From an uncultured Eubacteriales bacterium (GTDB lineage: Bacteria; Bacillota; Clostridia; Oscillospirales; CAG-382), in contig URVJ01000007.1 of assembly GCA_900551295.1 (NCBI GenBank), positions 20,560 through 84,559 of the forward strand: a DNA stretch of 64,000 nt. Direction: 5' to 3'. The translations under genes were made by a program, and so were the position numbers. Below are positions 1-11,125 of this stretch, one piece after another. The notes below the pieces were generated by a model. That model was not told where the DNA came from. It was given only the letters and a program-made list of their open reading frames with translations, and did no database searches. Each line of letters starts with the position of its first letter. The first letter of the stretch is position 1.

Positions 1-225
1 CGCCATGTCAAACCACGTCGAGTTTTTTACATCAATGCCGCGGCAGTACCAGAGCGGATATTTCCACTTGAACATACAGCCGTCAATTTCGATGTTCGAA
101 CATTCCTTGAGCGGAGATTCTCCGTCGTGGAAAATAGTGTTTTTTACGTAAAGACCGTGCTTGCCGAAAAGCGCGCGTTCTCCGGAAAGCATTTGGTTTT
201 GTATAAGCTCTTTTTCCTTTGTCAT
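1..225 (-). CDS. DUF3737-like protein, N-terminal 75 codons (gene continues past the window start)
   Basis: Reverse-strand ATG at 223-225 opens MTKEKELIQNQMLSGERALFGKHGLYVKNTIFHDGESPLKECSNIEIDGCMFKWKYPLWY... and stays open to position 1. It resembles DUF3737 N-termini from memory. It is absent from the ORF track because no stop lies inside the window. Confidence 0.5.
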   Translation of the reverse strand, partial: MTKEKELIQNQMLSGERALFGKHGLYVKNTIFHDGESPLKECSNIEIDGCMFKWKYPLWYCRGIDVKNSTWFDMA

Positions 226-580
226 AATTTCCTCTTGTAATAATAATTGATTGTCTGATGTTATTATAATATATTGTGTTGTAAAAAGCAAATGCGATCG
301 GTTAAATATTTGTTTCAAACTTTGGTGTTATTGACGAAGTTTCGGTAAATAAAACTTTAAAATATACAAATTGGCTTTTTCTTTCCGAAAGCCGGCACAT
401 TTCAGGAAAAAATTCAGATGTGCGGAAAAAAACGGGAGACAATAAATATACTGTTGCTTTTTTGCAATATATGTGATATCCTTTATAGGAATTGCATATC
501 GGAATAATATGCAAAAAATTATTTTAACGGTATACGGTAGCAAACACTGAAACGTCTGCGGTCAAATACCCGGAGGAATT

Positions 581-3500
581 ATGGATAAATGCTCTAACCC
601 CGGAAAAACACAAACTTTGCCCTGCAAAACGGCTGAAAATACCGCGGAAAATTATTGTTTGGGCACCGACGACAGAAACGGCGGAATATACGGGCGCGAC
701 TCGTTTTTTGAAACCGCCGCAGCAATGATTTCGGAAAAGAAACCGGGATACTATATTTTTTCCTGCATAAATATAGATAATTTCAAGGTCATAAACGACC
801 GTTACGGGACGGATATCGGAGATAAGGTTCTGAAATATGTTGCCGAAAGCATAAGCGATGACATGAAAGATATGGGCGGAATATGCGGCAGAATTGCCGG
901 AGACGATTTCGCGCTGCTTTTCCCGGCGGAATACGCAAATTCCGGAAGGCTCGCATTCGGCTACCAAAAAGCAACATCGCCCGACTGTATACCGCAGAAA
1001 ATGCGCATACGCGTCGGAAGATATACGGTTACAGACCTGTCCGAACCGGTTACTGCGATGTATGACCGCGCAAAGCTTGCGGCAAATTCAATACGCACAA
1101 ATTACGAAAAAAATATCGAAATGTACAACGATTCTATGCGCGTGGATCTTGTGCATAAGCAGAAGATAGTTGACGATATGCGCGAGTCTCTCGCAAACGG
1201 AGAGTTTGAGGCGTGGTTCCAGCCGCAGTATAACCATGCGACGGGTGCGGTCATAGGTGCCGAGGCGCTTGTCAGATGGAAAAAAGACGGAAAATTCATT
1301 TCTCCCGCAGAGTTCATTCCGATCTTTGAGCAGAACGGCTTTATATACGAAATGGACAGATATATGTGGGAGCAGGTCTGCATAAAGTTAAGAAACTGGA
1401 TAGACGAGGGAATTTCTCCGCTTCCCGTTTCCGTCAATATCTCAAGGCGCGATATTCTTCATAGCGATTTTACCGATGTCCTTATGGGGCTGTTGAAAAA
1501 ATATGATGTTCCCGTAAAGCTTTTCAGAATAGAAATAACAGAGACCGCGTTTGCGGATTCCGAGGAACTTATCAGCGAGAAAGTGGCAGAGCTTATATCG
1601 CTGGGTTTTGTTGTGGAGATCGACGACTTCGGAAGCGGATATTCTACGCTCAATACGCTAAAAGACGTCCCGTCGTCGGTTCTGAAACTCGATATGAAGT
1701 TTTTTGAGAGCACAAAGAACAGCAGACGCGCCGGAAATATAGTTGAGTCTGTCGTAAGAATGGCAAAATGGCTCGGAATGGCTGTAATTGCCGAAGGCGT
1801 GGAACAAAAGGAACAGGCTGACTATCTGAAGTCAATAGGCTGCTATTATATTCAGGGATTTTATTACGCAAAGCCCATGCCTGCCGAAGATTATGAAAAA
1901 ATGCTCGAAAACTGTTCAAAAGAGCAGGAACTTTCAAGGCTGAAAACAATAGAAAATCATAATCATAATGAGTTTTGGAATCCGAATTCAATGGAAACGC
2001 TCATTTTCAACAGTTATGTCGGCGGCGCCTGCATTTTTGAATATAATAACGGCGCAACCGAAGTGCTGCGCATAAACGACCGTTACTGCAAGGAGTTCGG
2101 AGGAATAATTCCCGAAGGAACGGAGATTTCCGACGTCGGAATTTCAAGATATATAATTCCCGCCGACAGGGATAAGTTTTTTAAGACCTTAAAGCTTGCC
2201 GCAGACGCCGATAAGGAGCAGACCTGTGAGGTAAGAGCGTGCGGAAACGGCAAAAACGAACACCTCAGAGTTACCGTGAGAGTAATAGCAAGAACCGACG
2301 AAAGGCTGCTCTTTTATGCGGTTGTTGTCAATACCACCGAACTTCATGAGGCTCAGGCAAATGAACGAAACGCATCAAAACAGCTCAACACCATTGTTGA
2401 CAGTATAAACGGCAGCGTAATAGTGTCGCTTTACCACGCCTTTGACGATATTGATATTATTTATCTCAACGACGGTTTCTATTCGATGTTCGGATATACA
2501 AAAGAGCAGTACGAAACCGAAGTCGCGTTTATAAACGATCTCATTTTGACCGATGACCGCGCATATGCTTCCCAAATGGCGGAAAAAGTAAATAATACGC
2601 ATAAATCGCTGACATATGAATGCCGCTGCCGCAAACGTGACGGCAGCATAATCTGGGTTCAGATGACAAATTCGCTCATATCGCTTGACGGCATTTCGGA
2701 TAAAGTTCTTCTCGGGGTGGCAACGGATATAACTTCTCAGAAACTTCTCGTGCAGAAAGAAGCCGAAATAAGCGATAAACTCGGAGCAGTCCTCAATACC
2801 GCAGAAAACGGAATAACTGCGGCAACCGTCGAAAACGGGAAGGTTTCGTTTATTATAGCGAACGATAAGTTTTATGAGATACACGGCTTACCCAAAGGAC
2901 GTGCGGAAGATATATCAATGGAAGTATTGAAAGGACTTACTCATGACAGCGACAAAAAGCTTGTAAGAGAAAAGATCAAAGACGCGTTCGCAAACGGTAA
3001 GAAACTTGATATAGTTTACAGAATAGTCCGTCCCGACGGAAATACAGTCTGGTTAAAGACGATAAGCGCGACGACAAATATATCAGGAATTTCAAAGCCT
3101 GTATATGTCACGGTATTTTCGGACGTTTCCGACGAAATAAACGCGTACGGCAGACTGAAATTCTTAAATGATTCCGCACATGAAATTCTCGCTCAGCACG
3201 ATACCGATATGGCAATACAGCATACTCTTATGAAAATGCTCGATTATTTCGGAGCAAACCGCGCATATGTGTTCGAGTTTGATTATTCCGACGGCACCAC
3301 AAGCAATACATATGAAGTGTGCGCACCGGGTATTGAAAAAGAAATTGACCTTTTAAAGAAAATACCTGTCAGTACCGTTGACTGCTGGATAGAAATGTTT
3401 AAAAGAAAGGGATTTTTGGCGATAGACAATGTTCATAAAATGGAAAACGACGATAAACTGAGAAAAATACTTCTCATGCAGAATATAGAGTCTATTATCG

Positions 3501-4003
3501 TCTCGCCCTTGAAACGCGACGGCGAGCTTGTGGGATTTGTCGGCGTCGATAATCCTTCCAATGATGTAAACGGAGTGCAGTATCTCGCGGCTCTCGGAGA
3601 TTATATTGCGGTGCTTATAACGAGGCGCGACTTGTCTGCGAAAATTGAAGAAGAACGTAAGCTTTCCGAAGAACTGCTGGATAATATTCCGTGCGGCGCG
3701 GTGCTTTATGAGTATGACGGAAAGAATATCACCGCCATACATCTCAACAAACGCTATAAGCAGATGACGGGGCGTCCGGAATACAGCCCGCGCTCAATAA
3801 GCGCACCGGTCGAGTTTGTACATCCCGACGACAGAGAAAACTTTGTCTACGATGTTATCAACGACGCTATCGTTCACAATAAATCCGTACAATGCAGCCT
3901 TCGTATAATGTGCGGAGACGGGCAGTACCGCAGATTTGAAGTCGACGCGAACATAAAGAAAAGATCTGACGGGAAATATCTTATATACGCTACATTTAAA
4001 TAA
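581..4003 (+). CDS. Multidomain c-di-GMP signalling protein: N-terminal degenerate GGDEF plus EAL phosphodiesterase, followed by several PAS domains and a GAF domain
   Basis: 1140-aa ORF with GGAGG 5 nt upstream of the ATG. The GGDEF-position motif reads RIAGDDFALLF (AGDDF). EAL signatures are EALVRW, EITE, DDFGSGYS and EGVE. PAS-like blocks (e.g. YECRCRKRDGSIIWVQ, YRIVRPDGNTVWLK) and a GAF-like block follow in the C-terminal 650 aa. Confidence 0.9.
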   Translation: MDKCSNPGKTQTLPCKTAENTAENYCLGTDDRNGGIYGRDSFFETAAAMISEKKPGYYIFSCINIDNFKVINDRYGTDIGDKVLKYVAESISDDMKDMGGICGRIAGDDFALLFPAEYANSGRLAFGYQKATSPDCIPQKMRIRVGRYTVTDLSEPVTAMYDRAKLAANSIRTNYEKNIEMYNDSMRVDLVHKQKIVDDMRESLANGEFEAWFQPQYNHATGAVIGAEALVRWKKDGKFISPAEFIPIFEQNGFIYEMDRYMWEQVCIKLRNWIDEGISPLPVSVNISRRDILHSDFTDVLMGLLKKYDVPVKLFRIEITETAFADSEELISEKVAELISLGFVVEIDDFGSGYSTLNTLKDVPSSVLKLDMKFFESTKNSRRAGNIVESVVRMAKWLGMAVIAEGVEQKEQADYLKSIGCYYIQGFYYAKPMPAEDYEKMLENCSKEQELSRLKTIENHNHNEFWNPNSMETLIFNSYVGGACIFEYNNGATEVLRINDRYCKEFGGIIPEGTEISDVGISRYIIPADRDKFFKTLKLAADADKEQTCEVRACGNGKNEHLRVTVRVIARTDERLLFYAVVVNTTELHEAQANERNASKQLNTIVDSINGSVIVSLYHAFDDIDIIYLNDGFYSMFGYTKEQYETEVAFINDLILTDDRAYASQMAEKVNNTHKSLTYECRCRKRDGSIIWVQMTNSLISLDGISDKVLLGVATDITSQKLLVQKEAEISDKLGAVLNTAENGITAATVENGKVSFIIANDKFYEIHGLPKGRAEDISMEVLKGLTHDSDKKLVREKIKDAFANGKKLDIVYRIVRPDGNTVWLKTISATTNISGISKPVYVTVFSDVSDEINAYGRLKFLNDSAHEILAQHDTDMAIQHTLMKMLDYFGANRAYVFEFDYSDGTTSNTYEVCAPGIEKEIDLLKKIPVSTVDCWIEMFKRKGFLAIDNVHKMENDDKLRKILLMQNIESIIVSPLKRDGELVGFVGVDNPSNDVNGVQYLAALGDYIAVLITRRDLSAKIEEERKLSEELLDNIPCGAVLYEYDGKNITAIHLNKRYKQMTGRPEYSPRSISAPVEFVHPDDRENFVYDVINDAIVHNKSVQCSLRIMCGDGQYRRFEVDANIKKRSDGKYLIYATFK

Positions 4004-4059
4004 TAAACATAAAATTAAACCGCACCGTTTTGCGGTCGCTGATAACGGAGGAAAACAAA

Positions 4060-4620
4060 ATGGGACTTGCCGAATTATTCGTACTTGCCGTCATGCTTTC
4101 GATGGACGCGTTTGCCGTGTCTGTCTGTAAGGGGCTTGCACTGAAAAACATAAAGCTGAAAAACGCGCTTTGGATAGGACTCTGGTTCGGCGCATTTCAG
4201 GCGATAATGCCGCTTATCGGTTTCTTTTTGGGCGTAAGCTTTAAAGGCATAGTCGAGGCGTTTGCTCCTTGGATAGCATTTGCGCTGCTTGCCCTTATCG
4301 GCGTAAATATGGTAAGAGAGGCGGTCGGAGAAGAGGAAAAGGCTGACGCGGGACTCGGCGTAAAGGAAATGTTTCTGCTTGCTGTTGCGACAAGCATAGA
4401 CGCACTTGCCGTAGGAGTTTCTTTCGCAATGATGGGAAACGTAAACATCGCATATGCCGTTACTTTTATCGGCTGCGTTACATTTGTGCTTTCCGCACTC
4501 GGAGTAAAAGTCGGCAGCGTGTTCGGAACGAGATATAATAAACGCGCGCAGATTACGGGAGGCGTTGTTCTCGTGCTGCTCGGACTTAAGATCATTCTCG
4601 AACACTTCGGGGTTATTTGA
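4060..4620 (+). CDS. mntP: Manganese efflux pump MntP
   Basis: MGLAELFVLAVMLSMDAFAVSVCKG... with the duplicated SMDAFAV / SIDALAVG motifs typical of MntP, and 6 hydrophobic segments. ATG at 4060 follows GGAGG. The track ORF start at 4030 (TTG) lacks an RBS. Confidence 0.85.
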   Translation: MGLAELFVLAVMLSMDAFAVSVCKGLALKNIKLKNALWIGLWFGAFQAIMPLIGFFLGVSFKGIVEAFAPWIAFALLALIGVNMVREAVGEEEKADAGLGVKEMFLLAVATSIDALAVGVSFAMMGNVNIAYAVTFIGCVTFVLSALGVKVGSVFGTRYNKRAQITGGVVLVLLGLKIILEHFGVI

Positions 4621-4655
4621 AAATATATGATTTTGCCGTATTTGTATTATTTTTT

Positions 4656-4686
4656 GTGCCGGAGTTGTTTCCGGCACTTTTTTTTG
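4656..4686 (+). terminator. Rho-independent terminator after mntP
   Basis: GTGCCGGA-gttgtt-TCCGGCAC hairpin followed by a T8 run. Confidence 0.75.
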
Positions 4687-4787
4687 TGAAATTCGGGCGA
4701 GAAATGAGTTGATAATCCAAGTCACGGTAAAAATTGTGCAAAATGCTGTTTTTTGTTGTATAAAGTGACGATGTTTGCATAACGGTA

Positions 4788-4816
4788 TTGAAAAAACGCA
4801 GGCAAAATGGTAATAT
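4788..4816 (+). promoter_or_regulatory. Candidate sigma-70 promoter for the SLH surface-protein gene
   Basis: TTGAAA-N17-TAATAT with TGg immediately upstream of the -10, about 95 nt before the 4910 start. Confidence 0.35.
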
Positions 4817-4909
4817 AACATTGTTTGAAATTTGTATTTGTTATGAATTATTTATGTATTATCGGTTCTCTGAATCTGTAATAAATACCAACAAGGAGAG
4901 AGTGAATAA

Positions 4910-7900
4910 ATGAAACTCAAAAAACTCGGCGGAGTAATAGCAGGCTCTGCAATAGCTGCCGCTTTGTGCCTTTCTTCGTCCGCGCAGTTTGCAAAAACGC
5001 TTAAACTTGCAGACGGACAGTTCAAAGACGTAAAGAACGATGCTTGGTATGCGTCCGAAGTAAAGAACGCATATGAGCTCGGCTTTATGAACGGCACGGC
5101 AGCCGACAGCTTTTCACCCGACGGAAGCGTTACCGTTGCCCAGGGAATCACCATGGCGGCACGTGTTCACGCGCTCAACAACGGCAAGGAAGTTCCCGCA
5201 AACAGCACGACCGGAAACTGGTATGACAATGCCGTAAAGTATGCGCTTGAAAACGGTATTATATCCGAAGGTCAGTTCGACAGCTACACAAGAGACGCAA
5301 AGCGTTACGAAGTAGCCGAACTTTTCTATTCGGCAATGCCGGCAGACGCCTATAAGGCGATAAACACCGTATATTCCATACCCGACGTATCAAATGCGTC
5401 CGATTATTCGGATATGCTGCTTGTAATGTACAACGCAGGCATAGTAATGGGTTCTGACGAATACGGCAACTTCTATCCGGAAAACAACATAAAGAGAAGC
5501 GAGTGCGCGGCAATCATCAACCGTGTTGCACTTCCCGAAAACAGACTTCATAAGACGCTCAAGCATGACCGCTCCGACGACGCGTATACGCTCTGCTATA
5601 ACGAGATGTATGCCGGATATAAGGAAGGTATAAACTCAGGCTGGGTTCTTGATAACCGCGGCGGAGCTCCCAGATTCTCCATTGACGGCGGATACGGCGC
5701 ACTCAACGATGTAAGCACGGAATTCGGTACGGCAATGATCCGTGAATTCAACCCTGTATACTCCGGCAGAATCGTAACCGAAGCTGCATACAGCGTAAAG
5801 GGCGACGGCGTATTCCTTGAATTCAGAGACGTAAACGATAAGCCTACCTACCAGATAAAGACGGTAGACGGCGCGTGGAAGATTCTCGGTAAAGACGGAA
5901 AATATACCACAATTCTTGAAAATGCATTCGGCGAAACCGGAGCTAAGAGCTTTAATTTCAGAATTGTGACCGACCTCAATACCGGAAAGAGCACGACTTA
6001 TATCAATAATAAAGACTGCGGTACATATCCGCTGCTTTCCGACAGCGTTCTCAACTTCAGATTTGCGACAGACGAAAAGTCTACCGGCGCAATCTCCGGT
6101 TCAAAAATCAATATAGTCGTAAACTACGGCGCATATGAGGACTTTACGTTCTTCGGCCCCGAAAGCGTATACGGCTGGAACGCAACAGAGGGTGCAAAGC
6201 TTACAAGCGGAGAACTCACTCTTGATGAAAATTCTTCGGCTGTAAAGAGCTTTGATAAGATCGGCGGCAAGGTTGTCGGCGAGACCTATTTCATTCTTCC
6301 CGACGGCGGCGAATTCTCTTACACACTCAAGAGCGGAGATACTGCTTCCGTAACATTTGCGGCAAAGAACGGAAAGTTCTATGCCAACGATAAGGAAGTT
6401 TATACCTATACTAAGAATATGTGGTACAGACTCAGAATTGAGGCTGATACAAAGAATTCAAGCGCAAACGTACTTCTCAACGGCAGAAGCATAGGCGAGG
6501 TCAAGCTCGGCACTTCTTCCGAAATTAATAAATTCGAGGTTAAGACAGGCGCTGCAACGACCGCAAGACTTGACTTTATGAAGGTTTACGGTCTTGTTGA
6601 GCACGCAGACTATGTTCCCGAACTACCGCAAAGGCAAACCTTGACGACTACGTTGTAGGTCTTAATATCTGCTCTCTTTGGAGAAACGGTACTCATTTCG
6701 GTTGGTCGTGCATAACTCCTTACGATGAACCCAAGACGGTTCTCGGCTACTATGATGAAGGTATGCCCGAATCGGCTGACTGGGAAATCAAGTACATGGT
6801 TGAGCACGGAATCGACTTCCAGGCATTCTGCTGGTACAGCGACCTTTCCAACGCTCCTCTTAAGGATCCCAGAAACGGCGAACAGCTCCATAACGGTTAT
6901 ATGTACTCCAAGTACAGCGACTATATGAAGTATACTCTCATCTGGGAGGCTGCAAACAGCGCAAGATTCCACGCAGATGCTTTCAGAAACTATGTAATTC
7001 CTTACTGGTTTGAAAACTACTTCCTCGACGACAGATATTTGAAACTTGACAATAAGATTATACTCTGCCTGTTCGGTGCAAATTGTCTTTCGCAGAGCGA
7101 TTACTTCGGAAGTGAAGAAAATGCAAAAGCCGAACTTGATTACCTCGATGAAGTTGCAAAGAGCTACGGCTTCGACGGCGTTGTAATACTCGCCTGCGGC
7201 GGTCCTCAGGGCATGGGTATCGAAGGAAACTATGCGTATAACTGGGGTGCAGCCGGAAAATCTCTCCAGATCAACAAGGACAGAAACCTCAGCAACGCAA
7301 CTTCAAGCAAAACCTGCTACACCGTTCCCACAATAAGCGTAGGCTTTGACAGCATACCGTGGCACGGCACAAGAAACGGCATAATGACCGTAGAAGACTT
7401 TGACGCTGCTGCAAAGTGGGTTAAGGACAGCTACCTTCCCAGATTCCAGACCAAGGGTACATGGAACGAAAGACTTGTAATGCTCTCCACATGGAACGAG
7501 TACGGCGAAGGAACATATATCATGCCTTCCGGACTCAACGGTTTCGGCTATCTCGACGCTGTAAGAAAGAACTTTACGAATCTTCCCGACGAGCATGAGG
7601 ATAAAACTCCGACCGCTGCTCAGTCCGAACGCTTTAACCATCTCTATCCGCAGTATGCAAGACTGCTTCGCAGACAGGGCTGGCTCAAGTACAATAACGG
7701 CGGTTCTTTAAAGATTGAATCAGAGCTTTATGTAAACGATCTTCCGTTTATAAGTGAAATACCTTCTCAGAACAATGCCGCAGCAGGCATACTCTATCCG
7801 TTCGATCCGGCAACAGGCGAAGCATTCGCTCTTAATGTTCATTATACATGGAGAAAGGGTGCAGGATACTTAAAGATAGAGGGTAATAAGCATACTGTTG

Positions 7901-9615
7901 AGTATCTCGTAGGCTCTTCAAAGTATACCGTAGACGGCACCGAAAAGGATCTCGGATACACGCTCTATCTCTCCGACGGACTTCCCATGATTTCGTTCAA
8001 GGCACTTGCCGAGGCTCTCGGATATACCTCCGAAGTCAAGGACGGAAACACATACGTAAAGACAACCCAGTATGATATTTATAAGTCTGTTGCAAACAGA
8101 GAAGTCGGCGACTGGGAATTCAATGACTTTGACACAGAGGGCTGGACTTCAACCCATATGTCGCTTGAAGTTAGGGACGGAGCAATGACAATGACCGTTC
8201 TCAGCGACAAGAACAACGACCCGATCATGACCCGTTCCCAAGAGACTAAGTTTGATTCAAAGCTCTTTAAGGAATTTGAAATCAGGATGCGCTATAAGTT
8301 CACCAACGGCGAAAAACAGAGCCTTACAATGTATTTCATCACCGACAGAAATTCTCAGTGGGACGAGGCAAAGACCATCAAGATTCCGCTTGAGAAGAAA
8401 GACACCGAAGGCGAATGGGAATATTATAAGGTAGACCTTACAAAGAACAGCGCATGGAAGAATACCATAACCAACCTCAGATTTGACCCGTTCAACTCTC
8501 CCGGATACATGGAGATCGACTACATGAGGTTCATTAAGGATCCCGATTATGTACCTTCCGAACTCCGTCCTTTTGAGATTGAAAACGGCAACGCAGAGGA
8601 TACATCCAATGCAACCGTATTCTACTCCAATAACGCAAAGATAACTATCGCCGAAGAACCCGGCAATACTTCAAACCACGTATGGTACGTAACTTCCGCT
8701 CCCGGAAAGAACTGGACATACTTCAGACAGGCTGCTCTCTTCAAGAAGGGCAAGAAGTATAATATCTCCTTTGACGTAAAACTTGTCGGAGATAATGCAA
8801 ATAAGGGGCTCAAAGAAGCAGTCTTCAATCTCAATATCAGATATCCCGAAACCGGAGCGCTCAATAACTTTGACCACCTTATAAAGGCATTCAAGGTTAC
8901 GACAGACGGCTGGACGCATGTTGAGGCTGAACACGTTGTCGCAAAGATGGACAGCTCGTCGGGACACGAATTTACAATCTATGCAAATCCTTCGGGAGAC
9001 GCTTCGTTCACCTATATGGTAGATAATATCGTAGTTGCCGAATCCGATTCCGGACTTGCGGTTGAAGATGATAAGAAGACAGAGCAGACAACCGAAACAA
9101 AGCCCGATACCAAAAAGGAAGAGGCAGTACAGGGCGAGATTCCCGCACTTACAGACGCAGGACTTCTTACCGGCGTAACTCCTTATTCCGATAACGCGGT
9201 TATTACAAGCGTTGACGATCCTAAAGAGGCAGGCAAAAAGGTTTACTGTGTGACACCTAAGGCTGGCGAAAAGAGATGGACGTATTTCAGAGCAAAAACA
9301 GACGCTTTTGAATCTGAGGCTACATATAAGTTCTCTTATGATGTGCTTGCCGTAAGTTCGGGAGCAAACACTTCCGGCTTTACAGCTCAGATCATGGCTA
9401 ACTTCAGATATAAGTCCGGAGATAAGAATGATCATGTTGTAAACCCGGTAAAGATAACTCCTTCCGAAGGCTGGATTCATGTTGAATTTGAATACAAGCT
9501 TGAAGCTGTTACAGATCCTCTCGCTACACAGGAATTTACTCTGTATACCAATCCTAACGGTGAAGATTCAGTAACTTACCTACTCAAGAATTTAAAGCTT
9601 GAGAAAAAAGCGTAA
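4910..9615 (+). pseudogene. SLH-domain cell-surface protein with GH99-like/WbsX-like hydrolase domain, stalk domain and two CBM-like C-terminal modules, split by a frameshift at about 6601-6657
   Basis: ORF 4910-6658 has a signal peptide plus SLH motifs (FKDVKNDAWYASEVKNAYELGFMNG...). Its frame ends at 6656-6658. The frame of ORF 6763-9615 is already open from 6601 and reads ...TAKANLDDYVVGLNICSLWRNGTHFGWSCITPYDEPKTVLGYYDEGMPESADWEIKYMVEHGIDF. That is a continuous domain that the annotated ATG at 6763 would cut in the middle. Downstream are WNEYGEGTYIMPS, a copper-amine-oxidase-N-like stalk segment and two roughly 150-aa CBM4/9/22-like repeats. Confidence 0.7.
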
Positions 9616-9641
9616 GTAAAACCAATTAAATAAAGCAGTTG

Positions 9642-9673
9642 CGGCACGGTGTAAAAACCGTGCCGTTGTTTTG
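9642..9673 (+). terminator. Rho-independent terminator
   Basis: CGGCACGG-tgtaaaaa-CCGTGCCG hairpin followed by a TTGTTTTG tract. Confidence 0.7.
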
Positions 9674-9775
9674 TGCCGGAAAGTCTTGCTTTGTCACACA
9701 GAAAAGCAAAAAAATAACGGTACACGAAAAACTAAATTCCGTATACCGCTTTTGTATTTAAATTTGCAATTTTGT

Positions 9776-11044
9776 TTATCTGTTGAAGTACTCGTAGATA
9801 GACTCAAAAGAATACTGCTCGGCATTTTCAACCGTTTCAGCCCACTCAATAAACATACTGTTCGTAATTCCGATGTTTGTGAGCGCCTCGGTTCTTAACT
9901 GGGAAGCCTCGCCAAAAATTGACTTGACATATTTGTTTGCCGTTGTTACATTTTCGTCGAGCGCGTCGTCGCTTTGATTAAACTCTATGTTCTCAAAAAT
10001 CGAGTTGTACGTTTCGGAAAAACCGTCGTAAAATCCGGCTTTGTCGTCCTCAAAGTCTATTGCATTTAAGTTTGCTGCAGGAGCTTTGGCAGGAGAAGAA
10101 CCGCCGACGTTTGAAGAACTTTCGTTATTGCCGTCGTATTTCGGAAGACCGCAGATCGGTTCCGAATCAACTGAACTCTCTGCCGCGGATTTTTCCGATT
10201 CCGCTGTCTCGGCACTTTTGCCGGTATCTGTTTCGGAACCGACGTATGATACTGAGGGTGATAATGAAAACATTATGCCGCCCGTATAACCGTTGCTCTG
10301 CGCCGTGTCGGAACCGTAACCGGCTGCCGTATTGTCCGACGCACTTTTCGTTTGTTCTGAATCTGAACTTCCCGTCAGATCGGTATGCGCCACAGTACGC
10401 TTTTGTACGGTTTTGCTCTCATCGTCAGAGTTTACGTCTGTACTGTCTGTATTGACGGAGGTGCGAAATGTGACGGTAGGATTTTCGTCATTCTGAAGTG
10501 CAATTTCGTTTTTCTGTTCCGAAGTATCCTGTAATGATCTTTCCGACAAAGCATTATTGTAGCCGGATTTTTCGTTCTGTCCGTCCGAAGAAGTGAAAAC
10601 ACCGTTTATCGGAGTAAATCCGCTGCCGCTGTCGGATGTGTCGGCACTGTCTGAAATTTTTACATTATCGGATTTGCCCGCACTGTTTTTTGAGGAAATC
10701 ATGCTTGTAAGATCGTAGCCTTTGTTTGCCGCAAAAAGTGCGATTACAATGATAAGCGCCGCAGCCGTTCCGATGTGGTGGGAAAGACGTACGCGCGGGA
10801 ACATTATTGATTTCGATGTGCGGATTTCTTTCATCACACGGTCTGCAATTTCGCCGTCTTTTAAGCCGGGAATGCTGAGTCCGGATAACTCGTCTTTTAT
10901 TTGTGAGTTTTGCTGAAAAAAAGCACGGCATTTACCGCACGACTCAAGATGACGTTTAAACTCATCTGTCAGTTCTTCGCCGGATAAGACGCTTATCTGT
11001 AAACTTTCGCAATCCGAAAGCTTTTCATTTTTGCTGTTGTTCAT
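9776..11044 (-). CDS. Anti-sigma factor (zf-HC2 type) with one TM segment, a long Ser/Asp/Thr-rich extracellular region and a small C-terminal domain
   Basis: N-terminus has the HLESCGKCRAFF zinc-finger motif and the TM segment is IGTAAALIIVIALFAA. The gene lies directly downstream of the ECF sigma gene on the same strand. Confidence 0.75.
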   Translation of the reverse strand: MNNSKNEKLSDCESLQISVLSGEELTDEFKRHLESCGKCRAFFQQNSQIKDELSGLSIPGLKDGEIADRVMKEIRTSKSIMFPRVRLSHHIGTAAALIIVIALFAANKGYDLTSMISSKNSAGKSDNVKISDSADTSDSGSGFTPINGVFTSSDGQNEKSGYNNALSERSLQDTSEQKNEIALQNDENPTVTFRTSVNTDSTDVNSDDESKTVQKRTVAHTDLTGSSDSEQTKSASDNTAAGYGSDTAQSNGYTGGIMFSLSPSVSYVGSETDTGKSAETAESEKSAAESSVDSEPICGLPKYDGNNESSSNVGGSSPAKAPAANLNAIDFEDDKAGFYDGFSETYNSIFENIEFNQSDDALDENVTTANKYVKSIFGEASQLRTEALTNIGITNSMFIEWAETVENAEQYSFESIYEYFNR

Positions 11045-11125
11045 CGCCGCACACTCCTTTCATCAGCTTTTACACTTTTATAGACGTAAGTAAAACCAAA
11101 AAGTTCCGGTTTTTCTTAATAAATC

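Noticed and set aside
4004-4059. Expected yybP-ykoY manganese riboswitch upstream of mntP
   Set aside because: The intergenic space is only 56 nt and contains nothing resembling the four-way-junction motif. mntP may be co-transcribed with the upstream gene or regulated otherwise.
4075-4821. 248-aa minus-strand ORF overlapping mntP
   Set aside because: It is antisense to a motif-confirmed mntP, runs through the mntP terminator and has no recognisable motifs.
6617-6630. Programmed -1 ribosomal frameshift as the explanation for the split SLH/hydrolase gene
   Set aside because: There is no X-XXY-YYZ slippery heptamer and no obvious downstream stimulatory hairpin in 6601-6700. A mutation or sequencing indel is more parsimonious.
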